NCBI GenBank assembly: GCA_964016885.1
Contig: OZ024743.1
Span: 357,988,001-358,052,000, forward strand
Reading direction: 5' to 3'
Length of the DNA stretch: 64,000 nucleotides
DNA from: Eledone cirrhosa
Lineage: Eukaryota
The notes beneath the pieces are model-generated. The model saw only the letters and a list, made by a program, of their open reading frames with translations, searched no databases and was not told where the DNA came from. Numbering within the stretch: position 1 is the first letter of the stretch; each line of letters opens with the position of its first letter. A program made the translations under genes and the position numbers. Positions 29,334 through 40,700 of this stretch are shown here, piece by piece.

Positions 29334-29357
29334 ATTATTATTATTATTATTATTATT
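29334..29357 (+). repeat. Junction 5 tract (ATT)8
   Basis: Read directly. Confidence 0.95.
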
Positions 29358-29570
29358 GAATGCCATGGTTGACGGAGGCTCGGCTCTGTAAGGTATAGTA
29401 ATTTTTAACCGTTAAAACAATTGTAAATTGTTTAAAACTTGAACCAAATTGTTGATAAAGACACCCTCCTCCTCGTGAGAGGGGTCTTTCTGTCCGTTAT
29501 TTGGCCCTTCGGGGTTAAATAACCAGTTATTGGGGTTTTGTACCCAAAATTTCATTTTAAACAAAAAAAC

Positions 29571-31667
29571 ATGGCTACCAAAAAAAAAAAATTTCATACG
29601 TCACTCCCACTCATTCCGTCTTCTTCTTCCTCAATCATCACTACAGGAGAGAGAAGATTGTCTCTCTCCCTCCCTTCTTTAAATGTGTCTCTCTCCCTAC
29701 CTTCTCTTTCGCAAGCGACGAAAGAAAAGAAAAGTCTCGTGCACAGCGTGCAAGGTTTCTCCACGACGACGACGACAGCGACGAAACAGGTGTGCGGGAA
29801 ATACGAAAACCCAGTTCATTCGTCTGACGTCAGGAATAATAGCAGTAGCAGCCGTAATAACAACAGCAACAGTGACAATGAAAACAACAGTAGCAGCCGC
29901 AACAGCATCACCAGCAGCATAAACAACAACAGCATTAGCAGCAGCAACACCAACAACAACCACAGCAACAGCGGCGGAGGCAGTAGTCGTAGTACCTGCA
30001 GCAACAACAAAAGTACCAGCAGCTCTGACGACAACAACAACAGCAGAGAAAAACCAATCTCATTTGCAGGTATTGCGAAAAACCTGGAAACAATCCTCAT
30101 AACAAATGAGGAATTAGAGGAAGCGAAGAAGATGGTGACAAAGAACGGACACCGAGCAATCTGCAAGGCAGCGAAAAATTTTTTCGAAACCCAAGAGCAC
30201 TGTACGGTCACGTACCGTACAGTAAGTACAAAATCCCGTAGGGTGGAAAGAGCCACAGAGGCCCAAATACAAAAAGCCTTGGGGTCTGTGTGGCAGAGGA
30301 AAACGCACATCACCCGAGGCAAAAAATACGCCACCGTAGACGTACTTTTTGCCACACCCCAGGAGGCAAAGGCCCAATCAGTAGTGACCCTAAGGAGCGA
30401 GGAAATGGTGTTGGTGCCCTCCTACTGCGGGCAAAAAATTGTGAGGGTCAAACTGACCCACGTCCCCCCCGGAATGACCCCTTCTTGGCTGGCCGCGTCT
30501 GTCCTCGTCGGAATCGAGGACAAAACAACTGTACTGCAAGTACAGAAAAAAGTAAGAGAAGATTGGGTCGGCTCCTCCATTGAGATGCTAATCCAAACCA
30601 ACCAGGAGTGCATCGAAGCTATCCCGGATGTGATAGACTTCGATAACGGCACTCAACTGCCCATAAGTGTTGAGGGCAAACGCCCGAAATGCTTTCGCTG
30701 TGGATCGAAGACTCACCTCAGGGCCTTCTGCAACGAGAAGACCCTGAGAAAGGAGAAAACCCCCCTCCTCCCGAATCCGGTTCCACGGCTACCAGCAACA
30801 GGACAAGCGGCAACCAGGAACGATAGGTCCGTGGCACCCATACCCACTCCACGGAAATCAAAGACAGCAGCAGCAGTGGAAATATTAACAACAACAACAG
30901 CAATACCAAATGCAGCTGCAACAGAGACTCCAGTGCAAACATCACCAACAACAACAAGTGAAAGAGTGGAGCTGGTACCCCTCCCCGACCTTACAGAATC
31001 AGACATGGAGTGTGAGGTGGGAGAGGGATGGCAAAAGGTCTCAAGAAGGCACAAACGCAGAAGCAGCGCATCGTCGCCTTTGAAAAGGGAGGAAAGAAAT
31101 GAGAAAAGGGTAAAGTCTACTGCAAAGAGACCCACAGCAGCAACACCACCAACACCATCACCACCCACACCAGCACCACCATCACCACCGGCGACAACCC
31201 CACCGCCAACAACACCTTCAACACCACCACCACAAGCACCAACATCGCAAACACAACAAAACACACACACCCAGCAACAACGACAAGAAAATAGCAGAAC
31301 CACACCCCACCCCCAGAAAAACAAATGCACGGCAATAAACACACACAACAAGGAACTAATGACTTACATAATTGAACACACAGACATTTCACAACAGGAC
31401 TACATAATACCAGCACCAATCAAAACGCCAACTAACATAAGACTGCTAAAAATAGCACAGAAACAATACACAAACATTAAAACGAAATTCCCCAACGCAG
31501 TTGGTGATTTCAGGGACCTAGGAGGAACCATTAATCGAAGAGTATATTCAGACATTCTCTTAGAAGAGCCGACGACCAGCCGAAGGGACGATTCAACGGT
31601 CCCTTCACCAGACGATCAAGTGAAAAGGGATGTAAAAACCATCCCTCCTCTACCAAAAATACGGTAA
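29571..31667 (+). CDS. ORF1 (698 aa, in-frame 3-bp deletion in Gln tract)
   Basis: Near-identical to copy 2 ORF1. Confidence 0.9.
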   Translation: MATKKKKFHTSLPLIPSSSSSIITTGERRLSLSLPSLNVSLSLPSLSQATKEKKSLVHSVQGFSTTTTTATKQVCGKYENPVHSSDVRNNSSSSRNNNSNSDNENNSSSRNSITSSINNNSISSSNTNNNHSNSGGGSSRSTCSNNKSTSSSDDNNNSREKPISFAGIAKNLETILITNEELEEAKKMVTKNGHRAICKAAKNFFETQEHCTVTYRTVSTKSRRVERATEAQIQKALGSVWQRKTHITRGKKYATVDVLFATPQEAKAQSVVTLRSEEMVLVPSYCGQKIVRVKLTHVPPGMTPSWLAASVLVGIEDKTTVLQVQKKVREDWVGSSIEMLIQTNQECIEAIPDVIDFDNGTQLPISVEGKRPKCFRCGSKTHLRAFCNEKTLRKEKTPLLPNPVPRLPATGQAATRNDRSVAPIPTPRKSKTAAAVEILTTTTAIPNAAATETPVQTSPTTTSERVELVPLPDLTESDMECEVGEGWQKVSRRHKRRSSASSPLKREERNEKRVKSTAKRPTAATPPTPSPPTPAPPSPPATTPPPTTPSTPPPQAPTSQTQQNTHTQQQRQENSRTTPHPQKNKCTAINTHNKELMTYIIEHTDISQQDYIIPAPIKTPTNIRLLKIAQKQYTNIKTKFPNAVGDFRDLGGTINRRVYSDILLEEPTTSRRDDSTVPSPDDQVKRDVKTIPPLPKIR

Positions 31668-31702
31668 GTGGTCTTTCCCATCTTTTCCACTCTATTTTAA
31701 AC

Positions 31703-34700
31703 ATGACCTCACTCAGAATAGGCAGCATAAATGCGCGTGGCCTGGGGTCGTCATGGAAGCAGGGTCACCTGCTCAACGACCTCAGGTCACTAAACATAGA
31801 TGTAGTGGCCATCAGCGAGACCAGAATCTCCGAAGCACGGGCCTTCGCACCGATCTTCGGCGGCTACGATGTGTACGCATCTCCCAGCCGTCCTGGATCG
31901 GGTGGAGGAGTTGCTGTGCTTTTTCGGAGAGGTTTGGATCTCGCCATACGGGCCATCTTCCTGGACCCAGAGGGTAAGCTGGTGGTGCTGGACGTGACCA
32001 GCGGAGACGGGCAAGCTTTCAGGCTAGTGGCCGTCTATGCCCCGACAGGAGCAGGGCGGCCTGATTTCTTCCGGCGTCTGGAGACCTTTCTTGGAACGTC
32101 GCGCTCTTTAGTGTTAGTGGGCGACTGGAACGGGATCTTAGATGCACGCTGGGACTGTGTGGGATTAGCGGATAGGGGTGGAGGGTGCAAGAGCCTCACC
32201 AACCTGCTCAGGCGTTTTGAACTGTCTGACAGGTACCGATTGGATTTCCCGAATGTGCCAATGTGGACTTGGACAAACCGCATAGGGTCATCCAGATCAT
32301 ATCTAGATAGAGTATTTTGTAGGGAAATAGATAGGTCTAGCATAGGCTGTCCACAATTCAAGATAGTCAGCTACACGGACCACAAATTCGTGATCTGTGT
32401 GCTTGACTTAGATAGGCTTCATAGACGAGGACCTGGCTACTGGAAGCTAAACGCGTCCTTACCAGCGCGCAAGGCCTACAGAGACCGGATTAGCGAACTA
32501 GTTAAGCGGGCGTTGACGGGGGCCATCGTCAACAACAAGTGGTGGTTTGCTCTGAAAAGAGCGATTAGAATAGAATCAATTAGGTTTAGTAAGGCTTTAG
32601 CAATAGAGAAAAATAGAGCAGAGGGAGAACTAGTTAGAAAATTAGACGAGGCGCTTAGCAAAGGCATTGCGACCGACGTGCTTGCGGCGAAATTGGCCCT
32701 TGACCAATTCTTCAATGCAAAGCACGAAGGCTGCGTTGTCAGAGCTAGGGTGCGTGCTCTCAGACACGAGGGGACGAAAGCCGTTCAATGGGCCCGAGTG
32801 GCGGAGGCGCGTCGTGGCAACAAAGCCACGATCCGGTCTTTGGTGGACCACGACGGGCGCATGCTACTCGATCCCGGGCAAATGTGTGAAGCTTTTCAGC
32901 GACACTTCGCTCAGCTGTTCGGGGGCAGCGGGGGGCCGGGTAGAGGGATGGACTTTAGTGTCTACCTCGACGGACTGCCGCGGCTCTCGGCCACTGAGGC
33001 AAAGTGTTGCGAAAAGCCGATAACAGCCGCTGAAGTAAGGGAGGCAATGACTGGCTGCACAAGGGGTAAATCGCCTGGTTTGGATGGTCTGCCCTATGAA
33101 CTTTACGTACAGATGCCAGACTTGTTCGGAGGCCTCTTGGCGGACGTCTACTGCAACTGGCAACAGAACGGGAGAATTCCCAGTTCTGTGAGCCGAGGAG
33201 CGGTGGCACTGCTGAGAAAGGATCCGAACAAGGGGGATAACATAGACAATTTCCGGCCCATAACTCTGCTAAACACAGAGTTTAAGATTTTGGCCAAGGT
33301 GCTAGCAAAGAGGTTGGCGCTTGTCGTTGGTGGTCTGGTGGGAGAGGCGCAGACATGCGCCATTCCCGACAGATCCATCCACGACAACCTCCACCTCATG
33401 CGATACATCGTAGAGAGGGTAGCTAGGGAACCTGGCACGGGTGGGTCCTTGATCAATTTAGATCAGTCGAAAGCTTTCGATAGGGTCGACCATCGTTACC
33501 TAGCGGCAGTCCTGAGGGCGGCTGGCTTTGGGCCCGTCTTCAGAGGCTGGATCGCTGCCATGCACAGCGACATCTGCTCTGTGGTGAGAGTGAACGGTCA
33601 CCTGTCGGAACCGTTCAACATCATGCGCTCGGTCCGCCAAGGATGTCCCCTCTCGTCCCTCTTGTACGTATTGACTCTCGAGCCATTACTGCACAAACTG
33701 GAGACGTTGAGGGGAGTCCCGCGCGAACTAGGATGCGGAAGATCCGTGTCAGCATATGCGGACGATGTCACCGTAGTGGTGTCGAACGCCAAACACATCG
33801 AGGCGATCGGCACTACACTAAGAGAATACGAAGCGGTGACAGGAGCAATGATCAACCAGGAAAAGTCAGTGGGCCTGCAGCTCGGCACCTGGAGAGGCAG
33901 GTCCATGCCGTCCAACAGCGTCGTCGGGCGCTGGACGGACGGACCGGTTAAATTGCTAGGGGTCTGGTTCGGTCCGGACCTCCAGACGGACAAAAACTGG
34001 GACGAGGTGACGAGCAGGGTGGCTTCTCTCACCCAGAAATGGGCGGAGAGGAAGCTATCCCTGAAAGGTCGAGCGGAGGTGGCTAACGCGTACATCGCGT
34101 CTGTCATCTGCTACCGCCTAACCGTCGTACCTTGTCCTAAGCCTCGCCTGACTGCGCTGGAGCGTTTGCTCTTTCGCTTTTTGTGGAAGGGACGTGCTCC
34201 GATGGTCAGGCGGTCCATCTGTTGTCAACACCCGCTACGTGGAGGGCTGGGCATGCCGTGGCTGATGATGCGCAGGCACGCGCTCAGGCTACGACATCTC
34301 CACCTCTTCCTCGACGGTGATCAGGTGTGGTCGCCGTTTGCTAGACGCGTTTTTCCCCAGCTCGTTTCCTTGACGGAGCTGCAGTCCTGGGTCAAGCGAA
34401 GACCGAGAGGGAGCGCCTGGAGACTGGAATGTCTTCAGGCGCTCACAGCCCTCGACCAATCGGGCAATGTGATCGGTGGAAACTCCACCTCGGCGTTCTA
34501 TAGAGGATTAGTGGAGGGGAAGAGCGACGACGTACTTGGGGAAACTCTAGGCGTCGACGAAAATCAACTAGCCAATCTCTTCGGAAGAACCTTCGGGCCA
34601 GGGCCTATGGACAACTTCCAGAAATCTCTGGCCTGGCAGTGCTACCGAGGAGCCTTGCCAGTTCGGGATAAACTCTACAGGCATGGAGGTGCCGTCAGCC

Positions 34701-35122
34701 GGGCATGTCCGAGATGCGCGCAGGGCGACGAAACCGTCCTGCACGCACTCGTCCAGTGTCCGAAAATTGCTGACTTGTGGGTTTATGTCGAACACCTGCT
34801 GTCGCGTTTAGGACGGATCCAGCTATCATCTGAGTCTATCGTGAGGATTGCCCCGCCCTCCTCCTTTAGCCGGGAAGGGCAGGCAGTTTTTATCTGTCTG
34901 GTGGCCATGGCGAAAGAGATAGTATGGTGGACACGTTTGAAAGGGCTGAAGACGAGCACTTACCTCTTCGGTGATGCTCTGATTGACTTTTTCAAATTTC
35001 ATTTGAAAAGGAAAATCAGAGTAGAGAAGGAAGTGCTCTCTTCCCAGCATTTTGTTGAAAGATGGGTGAGAGAAGCAAGAATGGCCCGAGTGAATGGGCC
35101 GACTCTGAGTATATATCTGTAA
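31703..35122 (+). CDS. ORF2 APE-RT-zinc finger (1139 aa)
   Basis: Motifs as in copy 1. Confidence 0.98.
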   Translation: MTSLRIGSINARGLGSSWKQGHLLNDLRSLNIDVVAISETRISEARAFAPIFGGYDVYASPSRPGSGGGVAVLFRRGLDLAIRAIFLDPEGKLVVLDVTSGDGQAFRLVAVYAPTGAGRPDFFRRLETFLGTSRSLVLVGDWNGILDARWDCVGLADRGGGCKSLTNLLRRFELSDRYRLDFPNVPMWTWTNRIGSSRSYLDRVFCREIDRSSIGCPQFKIVSYTDHKFVICVLDLDRLHRRGPGYWKLNASLPARKAYRDRISELVKRALTGAIVNNKWWFALKRAIRIESIRFSKALAIEKNRAEGELVRKLDEALSKGIATDVLAAKLALDQFFNAKHEGCVVRARVRALRHEGTKAVQWARVAEARRGNKATIRSLVDHDGRMLLDPGQMCEAFQRHFAQLFGGSGGPGRGMDFSVYLDGLPRLSATEAKCCEKPITAAEVREAMTGCTRGKSPGLDGLPYELYVQMPDLFGGLLADVYCNWQQNGRIPSSVSRGAVALLRKDPNKGDNIDNFRPITLLNTEFKILAKVLAKRLALVVGGLVGEAQTCAIPDRSIHDNLHLMRYIVERVAREPGTGGSLINLDQSKAFDRVDHRYLAAVLRAAGFGPVFRGWIAAMHSDICSVVRVNGHLSEPFNIMRSVRQGCPLSSLLYVLTLEPLLHKLETLRGVPRELGCGRSVSAYADDVTVVVSNAKHIEAIGTTLREYEAVTGAMINQEKSVGLQLGTWRGRSMPSNSVVGRWTDGPVKLLGVWFGPDLQTDKNWDEVTSRVASLTQKWAERKLSLKGRAEVANAYIASVICYRLTVVPCPKPRLTALERLLFRFLWKGRAPMVRRSICCQHPLRGGLGMPWLMMRRHALRLRHLHLFLDGDQVWSPFARRVFPQLVSLTELQSWVKRRPRGSAWRLECLQALTALDQSGNVIGGNSTSAFYRGLVEGKSDDVLGETLGVDENQLANLFGRTFGPGPMDNFQKSLAWQCYRGALPVRDKLYRHGGAVSRACPRCAQGDETVLHALVQCPKIADLWVYVEHLLSRLGRIQLSSESIVRIAPPSSFSREGQAVFICLVAMAKEIVWWTRLKGLKTSTYLFGDALIDFFKFHLKRKIRVEKEVLSSQHFVERWVREARMARVNGPTLSIYL

Positions 35123-35385
35123 ACTAAAGGTGGAAAACTGGGAGAGGGCACTTGCCTTGGTGGTCAGGGTCATTGTGGCTTTTTACTGGGCTTTCTCCAC
35201 AAATGTCCCTCCGAAGTCTCCCCCCTATTGGGGAATTTTTCATTGTTATTTTCATTGTTATTTTTGTTACATCCTCTATTTTTGTTTTTTTTACACGCAG
35301 AAATGCCCATTTGTACCGTCCTGCATTGTCCTGCACTGTCCTTAATGTCTACTTTATGTAAACCCTTGTGGTTAATAAAGAAATC

Positions 35386-35403
35386 ATTATTATTATTATT
35401 ATT
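35386..35403 (+). repeat. Junction 6 tract (ATT)6
   Basis: Read directly. Confidence 0.95.
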
Positions 35404-35616
35404 GAATGCCATGGTTGACGGAGGCTCGGCTCTGTAAGGTATAGTAATTTTTAACCGTTAAAACAATTGTAAATTGTTTAAAACTTGAACCAAATTGTTG
35501 ATAAAGACACCCTCCTCCTCGTGAGAGGGGTCTTTCTGTCCGTTATTTGGCCCTTCGGGGTTAAATAGCCAGTTATTGGGGTTTTGTACCCAAAATTTCA
35601 TTTTAAACAAAAAAAC

Positions 35617-37716
35617 ATGGCTACCAAAAAAAAAAAATTTCATACGTCACTCCCACTCATTCCGTCTTCTTCTTCCTCAATCATCACTACAGGAGAGAGA
35701 AGATTGTCTCTCTCCCTCCCTTCTTTAAATGTGTCTCTCTCCCTACCTTCTCTTTCGCAAGCGACGAAAGAAAAGAAAAGTCTCGTGCAAAGCGTGCAAG
35801 GTTTCTCCACGACGACGACGACAGCGACGAAACAGGTGTGCGGGAAATACGAAAACCCAGTTCATTCGTCTGACGTCAGGAATAATAGCAGTAGCAGCCG
35901 TAATAACAACAGCAACAGTGACAATGAAAACAACAGTAGCAGCCGCAACAGCATCACCAGCAGCATAAACAACAACAGCATTAGCAGCAGCAACACCAAC
36001 AACAACCACAGCAACAGCGGCGGAGGCAGTAGTCGTAGTACCTGCAGCAACAACAAAAGTACCAGCAGCTCTGACGACAACAACAACAGCAGAGAAAAAC
36101 CAATCTCATTTGCAGGTATTGCGAAAAACCTGGAAACAATCCTCATAACAAATGAGGAATTAGAGGAAGCGAAGAAGATGGTGACAAAGAACGGACACCG
36201 AGCAATCTGCAAGGCAGCGAAAAATTTTTTCGAAACCCAAGAGCACTGTACGGTCACGTACCGTACAGTAAGTACAAAATCCCGTAGGGTGGAAAGAGCC
36301 ACAGAGGCCCAAATACAAAAAGCCTTGGGGTCTGTGTGGCAGAGGAAAACGCACATCACCCGAGGCAAAAAATACGCCACCGTAGACGTACTTTTTGCCA
36401 CACCCCAGGAGGCAAAGGCCCAATCAGTAGTGACCCTAAGGAGCGAGGAAATGGTGTTGGTGCCCTCCTACTGCGGGCAAAAAATTGTGAGGGTCAAACT
36501 GACCCACGTCCCCCCCGGAATGACCCCTTCTTGGCTGGCCGCGTCTGTCCTCGTCGGAATCGAGGACAAAACAACTGTACTGCAAGTACAGAAAAAAGTA
36601 AGAGAAGATTGGGTCGGCTCCTCCATTGAGATGCTAATCCAAACCAACCAGGAGTGCATCGAAGCTATCCCGGATGTGATAGACTTCGATAACGGCACTC
36701 AACTGCCCATAAGTGTTGAGGGCAAACGCCCGAAATGCTTTCGCTGTGGATCGAAGACTCACCTCAGGGCCTTCTGCAACGAGAAGACCATGAGAAAGGA
36801 GAAAACCCCCCTCCTCCCGAATCCGGTTCCACGGCTACCAGCAACAGGACAAGCGGCAACCAGGAACGATAGGTCCGTGGCACCCATACCCACTCCACGG
36901 AAATCAAAGACAGCAGCAGCAGTGGAAATATTAACAACAACAACAGCAATACCAAATGCAGCTGCAACAGAGACTCCAGTGCAAACATCACCAACAACAA
37001 CAAGTGAAAGAGTGGAGCTGGTACCCCTCCCCGACCTTACAGAATCAGACATGGAGTGTGAGGTGGGAGAGGGATGGCAAAAGGTCTCAAGAAGGCACAA
37101 ACGCAGAAGCAGCGCATCGTCGCCTTTGAAAAGGGAGGAAAGAAATGAGAAAAGGGTAAAGTCTACTGCAAAGAGACCCACAGCAGCAACACCACCAACA
37201 CCATCACCACCCACACCAGCACCACCATCACCACCGGCGACAACCCCACCGCCAACAACACCTTCAACACCACCACCACAAGCACCAACATCGCAAACAC
37301 AACAACAAAACACACACACCCAGCAACAACGACAAGAAAATAGCAGAACCACACCCCACCCCCAGAAAAACAAATGCACGGCAATAAACACACACAACAA
37401 GAAACTAATGACTTACATAATTGAACACACAGACATTTCACAACAGGACTACATAATACCAGCACCAATCAAAACGCCAACTAACATAAGACTGCTAAAA
37501 ATAGCACAGAAACAATACACAAACATTAAAACGAAATTCCCCAACGCAGTTGGTGATTTCAGGGACCTAGGAGGAACCATTAATCGAAGAGTATATTCAG
37601 ACATTCTCTTAGAAGAGCCGACGACCAGCCGAAGGGACGATTCAACGGTCCCTTCACCAGACGATCAAGTGAAAAGGGATGTAAAAACCATCCCTCCTCT
37701 ACCAAAAGTACGGTAA
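35617..37716 (+). CDS. ORF1 (699 aa)
   Basis: Near-identical to copy 2 ORF1. Confidence 0.9.
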   Translation: MATKKKKFHTSLPLIPSSSSSIITTGERRLSLSLPSLNVSLSLPSLSQATKEKKSLVQSVQGFSTTTTTATKQVCGKYENPVHSSDVRNNSSSSRNNNSNSDNENNSSSRNSITSSINNNSISSSNTNNNHSNSGGGSSRSTCSNNKSTSSSDDNNNSREKPISFAGIAKNLETILITNEELEEAKKMVTKNGHRAICKAAKNFFETQEHCTVTYRTVSTKSRRVERATEAQIQKALGSVWQRKTHITRGKKYATVDVLFATPQEAKAQSVVTLRSEEMVLVPSYCGQKIVRVKLTHVPPGMTPSWLAASVLVGIEDKTTVLQVQKKVREDWVGSSIEMLIQTNQECIEAIPDVIDFDNGTQLPISVEGKRPKCFRCGSKTHLRAFCNEKTMRKEKTPLLPNPVPRLPATGQAATRNDRSVAPIPTPRKSKTAAAVEILTTTTAIPNAAATETPVQTSPTTTSERVELVPLPDLTESDMECEVGEGWQKVSRRHKRRSSASSPLKREERNEKRVKSTAKRPTAATPPTPSPPTPAPPSPPATTPPPTTPSTPPPQAPTSQTQQQNTHTQQQRQENSRTTPHPQKNKCTAINTHNKKLMTYIIEHTDISQQDYIIPAPIKTPTNIRLLKIAQKQYTNIKTKFPNAVGDFRDLGGTINRRVYSDILLEEPTTSRRDDSTVPSPDDQVKRDVKTIPPLPKVR

Positions 37717-37751
37717 GTGGTCTTTCCCATCTTTTCCACTCTATTTTAAAC

Positions 37752-40700
37752 ATGACCTCACTCAGAATAGGCAGCATAAATGCGCGTGGCTTGGGGTCGT
37801 CATGGAAGCAGGGTCACCTGCTCAACGACCTCAGGTCACTAAACATAGATGTAGTGGCCATCAGCGAGACCAGAATCTCCGAAGCACGGGCCTTCGCACC
37901 GATCTTCGGCGGCTACGATGTGTACGCATCTCCCAGCCGTCCTGGATCGGGTGGAGGAGTTGCTGTGCTTTTTCGGAGAGGTTTGGATCTCGCCATACGG
38001 GCCATCTTCCTGGACCCAGAGGGTAAGCTGGTGGTGCTGGACGTGACCAGCGGAGACGGGCAAGCTTTCAGGCTAGTGGCCGTCTATGCCCCGACAGGAG
38101 CAGGGCGGCCTGATTTCTTCCGGCGTCTGGAGACCTTTCTTGGAACGTCCCGCTCTTTAGTGTTAGTGGGCGACTGGAACGGGATCTTAGATGCACGCTG
38201 GGACTGTGTGGGATTAGCGGATAGGGGTGGAGGGTGCAAGAGCCTCACCAACCTGCTCAGGCGTTTTGAACTGTCTGACAGGTACCGATTGGATTTCCCG
38301 AATGTGCCAATGTGGACTTGGACAAACCGCATAGGGTCATCCAGATCATATCTAGATAGAGTATTTTGTAGAGAAATAGATAGGTCTAGCATAGGCTGTC
38401 CACAATTCAAGATAGTCAGCTACACGGACCACAAATTCGTGACCTGTGTGCTTGACTTAGATAGGCTTCATAGACGAGGACCCGGCTACTGGAAGCTAAA
38501 CGCGTCCTTACCAGCGCGCAAGGCCTACAGAGACCGGATTAGCGAACTAGTTAAGCGGGCGTTGACGGGGGCCATCGTCAACAACAAGTGGTGGTTTGCT
38601 CTGAAAAGAGCGATTAGAATAGAATCGATTAGGTTTAGTAAGGCTTTAGCAATAGAGAAAAATAGAGCAGAGGGAGAACTAGTTAGAAAATTAGACGAGG
38701 CGCTTAGCAAAGGCATTGCGACCGACGTGCTTGCGGCGAAATTGGCCCTTGACCAATTCTTCAATGCAAAGCACGAAGGCTGCGTTGTCAGAGCTAGGGT
38801 GCGTGCTCTCAGACACGAGGGGACGAAAGCCGTTCAATGGGCCCGAGTGGCGGAGGCGCGTCGTGGCAACAAAGCCACGATCCGGTCTTTGGTGGACCAC
38901 GACGGGCGCATGCTACTCGATCCCGGGCAAATGTGTGAAGCTTTTCAGCGACACTTCGCTCAGCTGTTCGGGGGCAGCGGGGGGCCGGGTAGAGGGATGG
39001 ACTTTAGTGTCTACCTCGACGGACTGCCGCGGCTCTCGGCCACTGAGGCGAAGTGTTGCGAAAAGCCGATAACAGCCGCTGAAGTACGGGAGGCAATGAC
39101 TGGCTGCACAAGGGGTAAATCGCCTGGTTTGGATGGTCTGCCCTATGAACTTTACGTACAGATGCCAGACTTGTTCGGAGGCCTCTTGGCGGACGTCTAC
39201 TGCAACTGGCAACAGAACGGGAGAATTCCCAGTTCTGTGAGCCGAGGAGCGGTGGCACTGCTGAGAAAGGATCCGAACAAGGGGGATAACATAGACAATT
39301 TCCGGCCCATAACTCTGCTAAACACAGAGTTTAAGATTTTGGCCAAGGTGCTAGCAAAGAGGTTGGCGCTTGTCGTTGGTGGTCTGGTGGGAGAGGCGCA
39401 GACATGCGCCATTCCCGACAGATCCATCCACGACAACCTCCACCTCATGCGATACATCGTAGAGAGGGTAGCTAGGGAACCTGGCACGGGTGGGTCCTTG
39501 ATCAATTTAGATCAGTCGAAAGCTTTCGATAGGGTCGACCATCGTTACCTAGCGGCAGTCCTGAGGGCGGCTGGCTTTGGGCCCGTCTTCAGAGGCTGGA
39601 TCGCTGCCATGCACAGCGACATCTGCTCTGTGGTGAGAGTGAACGGTCACCTGTCGGAACCGTTCAACATCATGCGCTCGGTCCGCCAAGGATGTCCCCT
39701 CTCGTCCCTCTTGTACGTATTGACTCTCGAGCCATTACTGCACAAACTGGAGACGTTGAGGGGAGTCCCGCGCGAACTAGGATGCGGAAGATCCGTGTCA
39801 GCATATGCGGACGATGTCACTGTAGTGGTGTCGAACGCCAAACACATCGAGGCGATCGGCACTACACTAAGAGAATACGAAGCGGTGACAGGAGCAATGA
39901 TCAACCAGGAAAAGTCAGTGGGCCTGCAGCTCGGCACCTGGAGAGGCAGGTCCATGCCGTCCAACAGCGTCGTCGGGCGCTGGACGGACGGACCGGTTAA
40001 ATTGCTAGGGGTCTGGTTCGGTCCGGACCTCCAGACGGACAAAAACTGGGACGAGGTGACGAGCAGGGTGGCTTCTCTCACCCAGAAATGGGCGGAGAGG
40101 AAGCTATCCCTGAAAGGTCGAGCGGAGGTGGCTAACGCGTACATCGCGTCTGTCATCTGCTACCGCCTAACCGTCGTACCTTGTCCTAAGCCTCGCCTGA
40201 CTGCGCTGGAGCGTTTGCTCTTTCGCTTTTTGTGGAAGGGACGTGCTCCGATGGTCAGGCGGTCCATCTGTTGTCAACACCCGCTACGTGGAGGGCTGGG
40301 CATGCCGTGGCTGATGATGCGCAGGCACGCGCTCAGGCTACGACATCTCCACCTCTTCCTCGACGGTGATCAGGTGTGGTCGCCGTTTGCTAGACGCGTT
40401 TTTCCCCAGCTCGTTTCCTTGACGGAGCTGCAGTCCTGGGTCAAGCGAAGACCGAGAGGGAGCGCCTGGAGACTGGAATGTCTTCAGGCGCTCACAGCCC
40501 TCGACCAATCGGGCAATGTGATCGGTGGAAACTCCACCTCGGCGTTCTATAGAGGATTAGTGGAGGGGAAGAGCGACGACGTACTTGGGGAAACTCTAGG
40601 CGTCGACGAAAATCAACTAGCCAATCTCTTCGGAAGAACTTTCGGGCCAGGGCCTATGGACAACTTCCAGAAATCTCTGGCCTGGCAGTGCTACCGAGGA

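Larger units (their letters stand above)
23310..29357 (+). mobile_element. Tx1/L1-like non-LTR retrotransposon, copy 5 (full length)
   Basis: Same organisation as copy 2. Confidence 0.95.
29358..35403 (+). mobile_element. Tx1/L1-like non-LTR retrotransposon, copy 6 (full length)
   Basis: Same organisation as copy 2. Confidence 0.95.
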